Assembly (NCBI GenBank): GCA_030390025.1
Contig: CM059438.1
Location: forward strand, 63,800,001-63,864,000
Origin: Squalus acanthias
Taxonomy: Eukaryota
Reading direction: 5' to 3'
DNA: 64,000 nt
Part shown: piece after piece, positions 13,290 to 24,690 of the stretch
How the letters are laid out: every line of letters begins with the position of its first letter
How positions within the stretch are numbered: position 1 is the first letter of the stretch
The notes under the pieces: model-generated
The model's input: only the letters and a program-made list of their open reading frames with translations
The model's database searches: none
Told to the model about the DNA's origin: nothing
Program-made: the position numbers and the translations under genes

Positions 13290-13975
13290 TGTAGGTGCAT
13301 CAAGCAGTTAGGAAGCAAATGGTATGTTGACCTTCATTGCAAGAGGATTTGAGTACAGGAGCAAGGATGTCTTACTGCAGTTATACAGGGCCTTGGTGAG
13401 ACCACACCTGGAGTATTGTGTGCAGTTTTGGTCTCCTTACCTAAGAAAGGAAATACTTGCCACAGAGGGAGTGCAGCGAAGGTTCACCAGACTGATTCCT
13501 GGGATGGCAGGACTGTCGTATGAGGAGAGATTGGGTCGACTAGGCCTGTATTCACTAGAGTTCAGAAGAATGAGAGGGGATCTCATTGAAACATAAAGAA
13601 TTCTGACAGGGCTAGACAGACTGGATGCAGGGAGGATGTTTCCACTGGCTGGGGGGGGTCGAGAACAAGTGGTCACAGTCTCAGGATACGGGGTAGGACA
13701 TTTAGGACTGAGATGAGGAGAAATTTCTTCATTCAGAGGGTGGTGAACCTGTGGAATTCTCTACCACAGAAGGCTGTGGAGGCCAAGTCACTGAATATAT
13801 TTAAGAAGGAGATAGATAGATTTCTAGACACAAAAGGCGTCAAGGGGTATGGGGAGAGAGCGGGAATATGGTATTGAGATAGAGGATCAGCCATGATCAT
13901 ATTGAATGGCGGAGCAGGCTCGAAGGGCCGAATGGCCTACTCCTGCTCCTATTTTTCTATGTTTCTATGTTTCTA
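13290..13975 (+). mobile_element. CR1 LINE 3' fragment
   Basis: LYRALVRPHLEYCVQFWSP and RRMRGDLIE motifs; (GTTTCTAT)n tail. Confidence 0.93.
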
Positions 13976-14744
13976 ATTGAAGTGTTATAGGAGTCTGAAC
14001 AAATCATATTTTAATTCACATCAAACCAGGTGAAATCTTGAAGATCCAGTCCCCTTTAGTGACTGGTACCCATGACAAATGATCACACTACAGACGGTCC
14101 CCATGTAATTACAAAACAAAGTGAAGCTAAAAAGCTGCACAAGATCCACGTGAACTGGTTGGGCCTAACCAATTCTACGGAGAATCCTCCCCCTGCACCG
14201 ACAATCATTCTGCTCAAATCTCCAAAACAAGACTCCAGAGTCATCCCCAGAACACCATTTAAGCCGCTTTTACAGTAGCTTCGTTTTAGTTCAGGTTCTG
14301 GGAGTTATTCTGTGAGTTTGCATTAATAAAGCCTGGCTCTCTTATCCCAGTGGGAGAACTGTGGGCCCAGTTTTTCAAGTGGGATTTCCTATCCGCAAAA
14401 TAACTTTTAATTTAGAAATGCTTCTTTAACCTTGGAAAGAAGCATGCCTGTGTTTTCTGTCATGGTGGCTTTATATCGCTTAATGATTTTTTATAGCACA
14501 AATGATTCGATATAGTGAGGCCACTTGAAGCTGTCACTGTCTGCACTGTGCTCCATGCTGCTGCTTTACTCTGTCATGTCTCTTTTCCAAAGTACGGTAA
14601 ATGTATTCGCAATGTAGAGCTGTGTTATAAATGCTGTATACACATGATGCCTTTGTATTGTGTGACCTCCAATTTTTAACTCTGAAAGGTTCCTTTATTA
14701 GCTTGCTCTTTCTCAGTTCAGTTCTCCTGTGAGAGGAATTGGTG

Positions 14745-15230
14745 AGTCAGGCCAACATCCCCAGCATCGAAGCTTTGACCACGCTCGATCAGCTCCGATG
14801 GACGGGCCACATCGTCCGCATGCCCGATACGAGACTCCCAAAACAAGCGCTCTACTCGGAGCTCCGACACGGCAAGAGAGCCCCAGGTGGGCAGAGGAAA
14901 TGCTTCAAGGACACCCTCAAAGCCTCCTTGAACAAGTGCAACATCCCCACCGACACCTGGGAATCCCTGGCCCAAGACCGCTCAAAGTGGAGGAGAAGGC
15001 GCCGAACACCTCGAGTCTCTTCGCCTGGAGCAAGCGGAAGCCAAGCGCAAACAGCGGAAGGAGCGCACATCAACCCAAGCACCTCGCCCACCTGCCCCTT
15101 CAACCACCGTCTGTCCCACCTGTGACAGAGACTGTAGGTCCCACATTGGACTCATCAGTCACCTGAGAACTCATTTTTAATGTGGAAGCAAGTCATCCTC
15201 TGTTCCGAGGGACTGCCTAAGAAGAAGAAG
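14745..15230 (+). mobile_element. RTE-clade LINE 3' fragment
   Basis: QLRWTGHIVRMPDTRLPKQALYSEL...GGQRKCFKDTLK; C-terminal CxxC...HxxxH finger; (GAA)n tail. Highly similar to 35256-36183. Confidence 0.88.
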
Positions 15231-15344
15231 GCTAGAGCCAACTGATTCCGCCTCCACCTCCTCCTTTTCCATGGCCTAACAACGGCTTACCTCCTTTACT
15301 ATTCTAGTTCTCCTTAATCTATGTGCTCATAAACATCACCTACC

Positions 15345-15420
15345 CAGTTCTGATGAAAGTTCATTGACCTGAATCGTTAACTCTGTTTCTCTCTCCACAG
15401 ATACTGCCTGACCTGCTGAT
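15345..15420 (+). mobile_element. Penelope-like terminal repeat fragment with degraded hammerhead motif
   Basis: AGTT-CTGATGA-AAGTTCATTGACCT-GAATCGTT-AACT; same family as 21842-22045. Confidence 0.6.
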
Positions 15421-16038
15421 TTTCTCTTTTTATTACGTATCCATTACTATTGGATTGACCTCAAGCTCACTCCTATCTTTTCGACTTTGGTCTGTGTTAT
15501 GGGCGTTTGCCTTTTTACCTCAGCAGAAAAGACAATGGTAACTCCTCCCACATTTTCTTTCTTGCAACATCCCAGTCCGCAGATTGCAGGTACTGTTCTG
15601 TGCCAAGGTTGATCTACTGGTGGGCATAGTTGATCAGCACATCAGTCATTTGTGTTATGGCTCTATTGGGAAAATGGCAGTCCATCCCTGTGCTTTCTGT
15701 TGTTGGGGCCTGTTGGTTGACTGGAGGTGGTCCACACTATAGGCCTTAGGCCTTCCCAGTTTCAAAAAAAAATTACTGAAGTCCACAGCAGTCATTCTGC
15801 AATTGATAAAAGTACACGGTCTGTGTGAATATTGTACTGATGTATAGGGTTTTTCACTCCTGGTCTGCGTTTGGATGCTCGGTATTTGTGGGCATTCTCT
15901 CTTTCATTTTGCAAATTCAAAGGAAAACGTTATCACAATAATAGACATGAATTAGGAAGCAAATTTGCTGAGAAAAATACTCAGTAGAAGAAGGGAATGC
16001 TTCTGCCAACGGTCTGGAGTAACACAATGTCCTTCTAC

Positions 16039-16172
16039 AAAAGCAAAATACTGCGGATGGTGGAAATCGAAAATAAAAACAGAAAATGCTGGAAATACTC
16101 AGCAGGTCAGGCAGCATCTGTGGAGAGAGAGACAGAGTTAATGATTCAGGTCGATGACCCTTTGTCAGACTG
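16039..16172 (-). mobile_element. Penelope-like terminal repeat fragment (hammerhead core mutated)
   Basis: Homologous to 21842-21978; the core reads CTGACAA...GAAT on the minus strand. Confidence 0.6.
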
Positions 16173-16612
16173 GCAATGTCCTTCTAGTTGGTATGTATTC
16201 TGCTGCTAGCCCCCATGGAGGTTTGTATGTAAACCATTGGTGGGGAAACACTAGCAATGACAGCTGATGGTTTTCACAGTATTTTGAATGTCTCACCCTG
16301 TGAAAAAAGAACTTATTAGCTCCAATGTTCTGTTATTTTAATATCCAGTATCAATTAAGAGTTTCAAATTTTCTTAATTTAGATTAAGCTCTTTTTCATT
16401 GAGTGGAATAAATTTTCCAAAGCTGCCTGTTACTCCTGACCTGGGTTGCTGTATCTCTGGGAGAGATAAATATACTGGGAGGCATTGCAGCTGCACGCTG
16501 CAGGAGATAGAAGACAGCATGGGAGAGAAGGTGTCAGAGAAGACACACAAGTACCTGCCCCAACTGCCCTCGTCTCTATGCGTACAGGACAAGCGACCAC
16601 TACCTGTCCCTC

Positions 16613-17320
16613 ATGGAGCAGCACTGCATGCAAACATTGAGGCCGCCAAGAGAAATGATTGCCAACCTGAGCCATTTCATGAACAGTGAATGGCAGGAAC
16701 GGTCCTTAGTCAACGTTGCCCCTGCCTGTGGCAGTCAAGATAACAACGCCCAGTTTCTATGCCACTGGAGACAATACATGGTTGAGCCTCTCTTCAGGAC
16801 AGGACTTATATGCTGCTTGCCCATGCCTATCAAGAGACCCACTTTGGCATGAACAACATCTGCAATGTCGAAGGCAGCAAGGCTTCTATCAACTTGGATT
16901 CAGGGAATAATAAAATGTACTCATTTGCACATTGTCCAAAAATGTCATAACATATGTAAAACAAAAGAGCTTTTAGTCCCTTGATAGGTATTTTTGACCA
17001 CTGATTTTGGATTATACATATTGATGCTGCTTCCCTAGAAGTAACCATGATTAAGACATCCTTCACCAATTACACATCTCCAAGCTCTTCCAAGGGGAGG
17101 GAAGGTATGATGGCCAGCTGCTGGGAATTATGGGCTACCTGTTGCAATCATGGCTCGCAATTCGGGCACAACCTGTACAACGAGGCACCTGGCTGGACCT
17201 GGGTGCTGATGGAGCAGGACTTTGGTGTGTTCAAGCATTGCTTGAGCTGCTTCCTGGATACTGTTGAGAAGGCAGTGAAACTAGTGAAAGTGTGTTGTAT
17301 GTTCACAATGTTATCGGGGG
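16613..17320 (+). pseudogene. Decayed PIF/Harbinger DDE transposase (HARBI1-like family)
   Basis: Colinear motifs across frames: EQHCMQTLRPPREMIANL; LPVAVKITTPSFYATG; GQLLGIMGYLLQSWL at 17112-17156 (cf. GWLLGDxGYPLxxWL); YNEA...VLMEQDFGVFKHCLSC (cf. YNxAH..TRxxIExxFGxLKxRFRC); VKLVKVCCMF. Confidence 0.75.
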
Positions 17321-17458
17321 CAGAGGTGTCAGTGTGCAGCCCAGCAATGGTTGGCAGGCACACTGATACCTTGGTTACAAGAGGAGGAAGAGGAGGGGCA
17401 ACATCAGCAGTCTCTGAGTAACCAATTCTGTGAATGAAGCTTGCCATGTTCCTCGGCT

Positions 17459-18038
17459 AAGAAAGAACTTGGATTTATATAGCGCCATTCATGACGTCAG
17501 GACGTCCCAAAGCGCTTTACAGTCGATGAAGTACTTATGAATGTAGTCACTGTTGTAATGTAGGAAACACAGCAGCCAACTTCCAAAAGGTGGCACCTCC
17601 GACAATGCAGCACTCCCTCAGTACTGCACTGGAGTAAGTAAGAATGAACCTGCCTTTATATAGCACTTGATCGCATCCTTGGGACATCCTGGACTGCTTT
17701 ATAATTGATGGGTAACTGTGTTTTTTGACGTGTAAAAACTGCTGTGAGGTAGGTCAATGCGACACCTGCTTTACACCGTGAGATCCCGCAAACAGCAAAT
17801 CAGATGAATGATCTATTTTTAGTTACATTGGTTTAGGGCATAGTGTTGTCCAGGACACTGGGGAAAACTCTTATATTGCCAAGAAATCTTCTATGTCCAC
17901 CTGAGCACGGAGATGAGGCTTTGTGATAACATCTGTGACCATGCAGTGCTCTCTCGGTACTATACTGAAGTTCACAGTGGGCATTGAAGCCATAGCCTTC
18001 TAATTCCAGTAAGAGTACTGTCAACTGAGCCAAGGCCA
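17459..18038 (-). mobile_element. Two degenerate Deu-domain SINE fragments
   Basis: Similar to the full-length copies at 19836-20292 and 36231-36698. Confidence 0.7.
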
Positions 18039-18288
18039 AGATTTGAACTCTCTGCTGCTAGCTTAACGTGGGTGAGTGTTATATCCACTTATTACGATAC
18101 TTCAGAAATGTTAAATTTGCATTATCAGGGGTAGGTCAGGATTGGCCAGATTTTGGACGATTACATTAACACCAGAGAAGTAAGAGATTTCTCCCAGTGA
18201 CGAACATGGGAGAATTTCATGTGACAGGACAGTAGCATTAATAAACCCCCAAAAGAGGGATATTAACTCCCTCAAAACGAGAAACATT

Positions 18289-19215
18289 GGCCCTGATATT
18301 AACGGGGAGGCAGGGATGGAGTGGGGTGTGGGTGGGGTGCAATTTTGAGTTCAGGAAACTTAGAAGAACAGGTTTCTCTCAGCTCCTGCCGAACGTAACG
18401 GCAAGGTCTGATGACCATTTCTGGATTCCGTTTCCCAGTCGGAGCTGGCCAGATTGAAAGACTGGCTGGCTGTCGGATAGGTAAGCCTACGACACCAGGC
18501 CGCAGCCAGGAAGTGAAGAGGAGGGTGGGAGAGATCTGGGGTTGGGTGAGGCCATCGATGAGGGTGCTAGAAGAGATCAGGGGTCATGGGGGACATCGAT
18601 GGAGGCGGGGCCTGGAGAGATCTGGGATCGGGGAGGCCATCGATGAGGGGGTTGGGGAGGCCATCGATGGGGATGTTGGGGAGGCCATTGATGGGAGGGG
18701 GGTGGGCCTGGAGAGAGATCGGGGAGGAGGGGAGAAGATCGCGGGGGACCTATGGAGGACATGGAGGAGATCGTGGGCCGGGTCGGACATCGGGAGGGCA
18801 TCGAATTGCAGGAGTGGTGGTCTGATCGCTGAGCTGGTTAACAGGTTTGCTTGGGGGGCTGGGGGGAAGCACTCCTGCTCCTCCTGACCCACAAGCAGTG
18901 CTGAAAAAGCACCTAGCTCTTCCGTGTAGCCCTCGCCTCCCTTTAGCTGCCGGGTTTCCCGAAGCACGGAAACCCGGCCGGCCAGCATTAAAGCTGGAAG
19001 AGAGATAAAATCTGAGGCACGCAGCCTCATTAAAACATTTAAATGAGAGGCCCGCCTCCTGCGAGCAGGTTGGTTGCCCCCCCGCAGCTCACCTCCGTTA
19101 AAACCAGAGGTGGACAGTTTTGAGGCGGTTTGGAGTAAGGTTTGGAGACTTGTTACATTTTTACTTCCCAACCAAACTCAAACCCACCCGTCTTTGGGGG
19201 TTAAAATTTCCCCCC
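18289..19215. mobile_element. Harbinger-type non-autonomous element with internal G-rich ~24-bp tandem repeats
   Basis: Imperfect TIRs GGCCCTGATATTAAC / GTTAAAATTTCCCCCC with ATT on both flanks. Internal GGGGAGGCCATCGATG repeats at about 18540-18700. The right end recurs inverted at 24545-24690. Confidence 0.6.
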
Positions 19216-19835
19216 ATTTAAAGCACTTTAGGTTCCCAACATCATTTATGATCAATTTTTTTACATGGAAAAACAATTGAGCATGCTCAACATGACAGCT
19301 CCCAAAGCTTGTTTGAAATTGGCTTTATATCCCTCACTTGATTTGTTTTACTGCCAGCCTTAAACTGCTGTGCCATATGGACCGGCTGTAAAGGATGCTC
19401 AGTGCCCAGAGGTGTGGGGAGTTGGCAAGCTGCACCATGCACTTCACAAGCCTTCCATCTGTTTAATGATGAGGCATACACTGCTCCAATGGATAAAAAT
19501 ATTTATGTTCAAAACATTTATTCAGCTACCAGCCAAGCTCCTGTCAAAATCATTTGCCTCTCTCTTCACAAGCAGATTCATGAAAGATTCTCAAACAATG
19601 GCTGCCTTTGCCACACATTCTCTTTCGAGCTGCCTTTTGAACCAGGCCTCTCTACACAAGCAAAACTTCCAGTCTTATAAGTAAGTTTAAATTTGCGGGT
19701 TGAGCACTTGGTTGTAAAATGTTTCGGCAACAGTGTTGAGAGGCAGTTACTGGGAAACGGTCAACGGAAGGTGGAACCAGTTAATGAGAGGCAATCATTG
19801 GAAGGGGGGGATCCAGCTAGCAAGATACCATCTCA

Positions 19836-20292
19836 ACAAAGAAAGAAAGACTGTGTTTCTATAGCGCCTTTCACGACCTCAGGACGTCCCAAAGCGCTTT
19901 ACAGCCAAGAAGTACTTTTTGAAGTGTAGTCGCTGTTGAAATGTAGGAAACGCGGCAGCCAATCTGCGCACAGCAAGCTCCCACAAACAGCAGTGTGATA
20001 ATGACCAGATAATCTGTTTTTGTTATGTTGGTTGAGGGATAAATATTGGCCGTGACAACAGGGAGCACTCCCCTGCTCTTCTCCGAAATAGTGCCATGGG
20101 ATCATTCACATCTACCTGAGAGGGCAGACAGGGCCTCGGTTTAACACCTTGTCAGAAAGACCGAACCTCCAACAGTGCAGCACTCCCTCAGTATTGCACA
20201 AAGGTGTCGGCCAAGATTGTGTGCTCAAGTCTCTGGAGTGGGGTTTGAACCACACGACCTTCTGAGTCAGTGGTGAGAGCCATGGCTGATAC
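19836..20292 (-). mobile_element. Full-length tRNA-headed Deu-domain SINE (SacSINE1-like)
   Basis: A/B-box-like head, Deu core GGGAGCTTGCTGTGCGCA...TTGGCTGCCGCGTTTCCTACATT, and a tail ending in TCTTTCTTT. Confidence 0.85.
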
Positions 20293-20294
20293 TA

Positions 20295-21355
20295 GGGCAC
20301 GATCTTGCCAGCCCCTGGGGAGGCGGGTATGGAGGCGGGACTGCTGGGAAAATGGCAGAATCTGGGGGCGGGTGCCGAACCCGCCTCCGTGCCATCTTGC
20401 CAGGAGGCGGGTAGCCGACCCGTGCCGGGTCCCGTCTCCTTGGCGGCGGGAAGGGGATTAGTATCACTTATCTGCCTGTTAACAGGTAGTTAACAGGCAG
20501 ATAAGAGGATTATCCCCATTTTACCCACACAAGTGCGGGTTTCCCAATGGCTCTGAACCCCGCCAGGGTCACCGAGGTGAGTAGTGGGTCTGCGGAGGTC
20601 GGAGGGCTGCAAAAGTGCACTGTGGAGGTAAGTGATGGGTGCAAGTGTGGAGAGGTGAGTATGTGAGGTGAGTGGAAAGTGTTAGTAAATGTTTACTTAC
20701 CTTTGTTTCTTCCTGCAGGCTTCAAGAGTTGAGTATGCGGAGAGTCTCGCATCTCCGCGGCAGAGATGACAGATGGCCGTTGCATTCTCCAATGCAACAA
20801 CCATCTAATTTCTGCAAATGAAAGAGCTTTGATGAGTCTTGAATTCAAGAACTCATCAAACTACATAGAATGTCAGTGTTTGACAGCTTCACAGAGGTAA
20901 GGTAAGTGATGGGTGCAAGAGTGGAGAGGTGAGTATCTGAGGTAAGTGCAAAGTGTTAGTAAAAGTGTACTGACCATTGTTTCTTCCTGCAGGCTTCAGT
21001 CGGTGTGTATGCGGAGAGTCTCGGACCTCCGTGTTGCAGATGACAGATGGCCGTTGCATTCTCAGATGCAACAACCTATCTCATTTCTGTAAAAGAAAGA
21101 AGTTTGATGAGGTCTTGAATTCAAGACCTCATCAAACTGCAGAGAATGTCACTGTTTGACAGCTTCACATCTGTCAAAAAGACGTTCTCTGCAACCGGCT
21201 TTCCCTTAATTGGCCTGCTCAGCCCGCTGGGCGGGCTTAACGAGGTCAATCAAGGGAAAATAGCGTGGGTTGGCCAGAAGTTGATGGAGGCGGGACTGAA
21301 ACCTGACAAGTGGGAGTCCCGCCTCCAAAAGCTCCCCATTGGCAAAATCCAGCCC
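20295..21355. mobile_element. Harbinger-type MITE with internal 274-bp tandem duplication and palindromes
   Basis: TIRs GGGCACGATCTTGCCA / TGGCAAAATCCAGCCC (13/16), the same TIR type as 58992-59739. TSD not clean. Confidence 0.7.
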
Positions 21356-21841
21356 TATGATGTTCTTTTAGAGCTCATGCACCAGATGCACAGTTCACTG
21401 ATGGGGCTGAATTGGACGCAGAGGGGGTCTAATGTACAGTGTGATAATGTCACATTTACCCACTCATAATCCCAGATATTTTATACGGGTGATGTTTAGC
21501 GAAAGCTGCAGATCTTGTGACGATCTTCATAAATACTTTCTGTCAAGACGTGCACTCTGGTAATTCAGAGCAGAACCTCCATCAATTGTTGTGAACAAAG
21601 GAAGCAAACTTTCACGATTACTTCAAATCAAGACACTTCAATTTTAATTATTTAAAGTCTAGTTCCACCAGAAGAATTAAAATTTAATTCCTTGAGGATT
21701 TTTAAAATTGATTAACCTGCTTGCTATCTAACATTAGTCGGATCTTGTTGTAAAATCAAGACTCCAGGCTGCCAGACTATCCCTGTGATGAGAGTAGAAA
21801 TTTCAACTTACTTGCTGACTAACTCTGCAAGATCCTGATAT

Positions 21842-22045
21842 AAAAGCAAAATACTGCGGATGCTGGAAATCTGAAATAACAACAGAAAATGCTGGAAATT
21901 ACTCAGCAGGGCAGGCAGCATCTGTGGAGGGAGAAACAGAGTTAACGTTTCAGGTCGATGACCTTTCATCAGAACTGGAAGAAGTTAGAGATGAAACAGG
22001 TTTTAAACAACCTGAGTATTTCCAGCATTTTCTGTTTTTATTTCT
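21842..22045 (-). mobile_element. Penelope-like element terminus with a short inverted copy of its own tail
   Basis: The minus-strand repeat 21842-21978 carries a hammerhead motif; 22012-22044 repeats part of it in the opposite orientation. Confidence 0.65.
21940..21976 (-). ncRNA. Minimal type-I hammerhead ribozyme motif
   Basis: Minus strand reads AGUU CUGAUGA A AGGUC-AUC-GACCU GAAAC GUU AACU: intact core, 5-bp stem II, 4-bp stem I and a palindromic loop-less stem III. Confidence 0.65.
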
Positions 22046-22229
22046 GCAAGATCCAAACTCAGCACAGACCGGGGATGGAACTTTGGTCTTTCCTGTCCTG
22101 GGTTAGTGAAATTACAGATCTTTGAGGGTGAAGACTAGACTAAGAACAATTATATGCATTCGTCCTGCGATCGGATGATTAACATCAGAAAACATCTTCA
22201 GTCCATTTTCTTTTGTAAACGTGATTTTT

Positions 22230-22560
22230 TCCCCCCCAATTTTCCACCGAGGCTGACTCGGTGCCTGGTTACAGTTCTATGGGTGCTGGTCATCCTCCAG
22301 TGCCTTGCCCACGTGGGCATTATTCATGTGTGAGCTTTGGTTGTGAGTGTTGTAAGACTGTGGGAGGAATCACAGCTGGCCCGGGTCCTGTCTTTGCCTC
22401 ACGTCCACATACACGCAATTCCAGAGAGAGGGACTAGATAACAATCAGGAGTGGGAGCCCTTCCCTCCGTAGCCCAGGGGCACCGAAACCAATTAAAATA
22501 CCCCTAACACCATCCTGGACAAGAGCAGCATTGACAGGGATCTTGAACTTTCCTGGTTTG
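22230..22560 (-). repeat. Old interspersed SINE-like repeat (unnamed here)
   Basis: Diverged homology with about 12760-12935 (+), 43570-43710 plus 44110-44260 (+) and 45820-46050 (+). Shared AATTGGCCTCAGTGCCCCTGGG and GAATAATGGCCACTTG motifs. Confidence 0.5.
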
Positions 22561-22811
22561 TAACTACTCAAGGGGTTAAACTCCAACAGTTGATTTTCAT
22601 TACCTGTCGCAGGCTGTATTATCAGCTCAGCTGGGTTTATGGCCACTTAGCAATCTCCTACTCTGTGTAGTTTCATTTCTTGTCTTAACTTTGGTTATGC
22701 TTCTACCTGGTTTGTGCTAAGATCTGTCCTAACTGCTTTATACACCGAGGGTTTCTTGGTGACGTGCATTTCCAGCTTTCTTCTGCGCAAGCTAGCTTAT
22801 CTCCATTAGTT

Positions 22812-23250
22812 GCACACTCGCCTCAGGGCCAGTAAGTTGCGGGTTTTGAGCTTCACACCAGGACTTGAGCACATAATCTAGGTTGAAACTCCAGTGCAAC
22901 ATTGAGGGAGTGCTGCATTTCTGGGGGTGCCGTCCTTCAGATGAGACCTTAAACCAAAGACCGAGCTGTCATGTTTGAGTAGATGGTTTAGACCCCATTT
23001 TGAATATTTTAAAAAAGAACATGGGATTCTCCTGCTGGCCTCGCCAGCATCTCTCCCTCGACTAATACCATCAAAAACAGATCAACTAGTCCCTGATATC
23101 ATTGCTGTTTGTGGGATCTTCCTAGCGCAAAATGGCTGTTATGTTTACCTACATAGCAGCAATCCCTGCACTCCAAAAACAGTAATTCAAGGCAAGGGTT
23201 TTGAGAGATTTCAACAATATGATCAGCATTATATAAATGCAAAAAAAAAA
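22812..23250 (+). mobile_element. Degenerate Deu-domain SINE
   Basis: Colinear similarity to 36231-36698. Confidence 0.7.
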
Positions 23251-23746
23251 TCTCAATTGTTTAGCTTCATTGCCCTGCTTTTCCATTGACCTTGCTGATA
23301 CCAATTTAATATTTCTTCAGCAACAATTTTCTTATTTCCTCCGATCTGTAAACATGAACTGATGGCTTGACTCAAAACTGTTGAAAATCAGGCTCTCAAT
23401 AGTGTCATTATAACATAATGTATGTCTTTAATTTTCATTTGAGCGTGCTTTTATAGTTCCACATTTCTAATAATTAGTCATGCTCATTAACTTGTTCATG
23501 GTCCTTTTATTTGACGCGTAATTCTTTACACATCGCAGTCACCCAGTTCAGTATGCCCTGTGCCGTTTTTTCTTTCTCTGGATGTAAATGCTAATCTCAC
23601 TGTCCCAGAGAATTACCTCTTAGATCAGACAGTGTCGGTATAGTTTCACCTTGTGAAATGACACTGCACAATCAAGCAGCACCATCATGTAGTGCTCACG
23701 AATCTCCTATAAGCGGCTCTTAAAATTCTGTCAGGAGATTTGTCTC

Positions 23747-24170
23747 CATGGGCCTATACTCTCTGGAGTTTAGAAGAATGAGCGGCGATCTCATTGAAAT
23801 GTATAAGATTCTGAGAGGGCTTGACAGGATAGATGCTGAGAGGCTGTATCCCCTGGCTGGAGAGTCTGGAACTAGCGGGCATAGTCTCAGGATAAGGGGT
23901 CGGCCATTTAGGACTGAGATGAGGAGAAATTTCTTTACTCAGAGCGTGGTGAATCTTTGGAATGCTGTACAACACAGGGCTGTGGATGCTCAGCTGTTGA
24001 GTATATTCAAGACAGAGATCAATAGATTTTTGGACTCTAAGGGAATCAAGGGATATGGGGATCGGGTGGGAAAGTGGAGTTGAGGTCGAAGATCAGCCAT
24101 GATATTATTGAATGGCGGAGCAGGCTCAAGGGGCCATATGGCCTACTCCTGTTCCTATTTCTTATGTTCT
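23747..24170 (+). mobile_element. CR1 LINE 3' fragment
   Basis: GLYSLEFRRMSGDLIE...RNFFTQSVVNLWN; TTCTTATG tail. Confidence 0.92.
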
Positions 24171-24239
24171 TATAAAAGAGACTAACAGAAAGCCTCCAGA
24201 GGGGTTACATACTGGAAAATGGATACCTGCGAAAGTACT

Positions 24240-24455
24240 TCAGATTCAATGATGACGCAAGATGGGGAAGGCCATTTGACCCCTCCTCACTCGTCCACCC
24301 AGAAGGAATTATTGTCCCCCATCACAGCATCCAATTGTTTCTTAAATGATTCTTGGGTTTTGCCTCCTCTGATGCTCCCTAGACGTTCTTTCCGTGGATT
24401 AATCACACTTTGTGTGAAGAGGAACTTCCTGAAATCAGTCCTCGATTTGCTAGTT
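24240..24455 (-). mobile_element. Old CR1-like 3' fragment
   Basis: RTDFRKFLFTQSVIN...ESFKKQLD on the minus strand. Confidence 0.65.
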
Positions 24456-24544
24456 TGGCGATGTGGCACTTTGGAGTGTGCTTGTTTATCAGAAACATTA
24501 GGATACAAGAATTGATGATTATTTAATCATGGAACTGAAATATA

Positions 24545-24690
24545 GGGGTTAATTTTAACCCTCCCAAAATAGGAGGGTTTGGGTCAGGTGAGATGTAAAA
24601 AAAATTTAAATCTCAAACCCAACCCCAACCCGTCCACTTCTGGGTTTAATGGAGGCGGGACAGGGGGCGGGCAGCCAACCCACTTCCAAA
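24545..24690 (-). mobile_element. Solo end of the 18289-19215 element family
   Basis: GGGGTTAATTTTAACCCTCCCAAAA... is the diverged reverse complement of 19070-19215. Confidence 0.6.
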
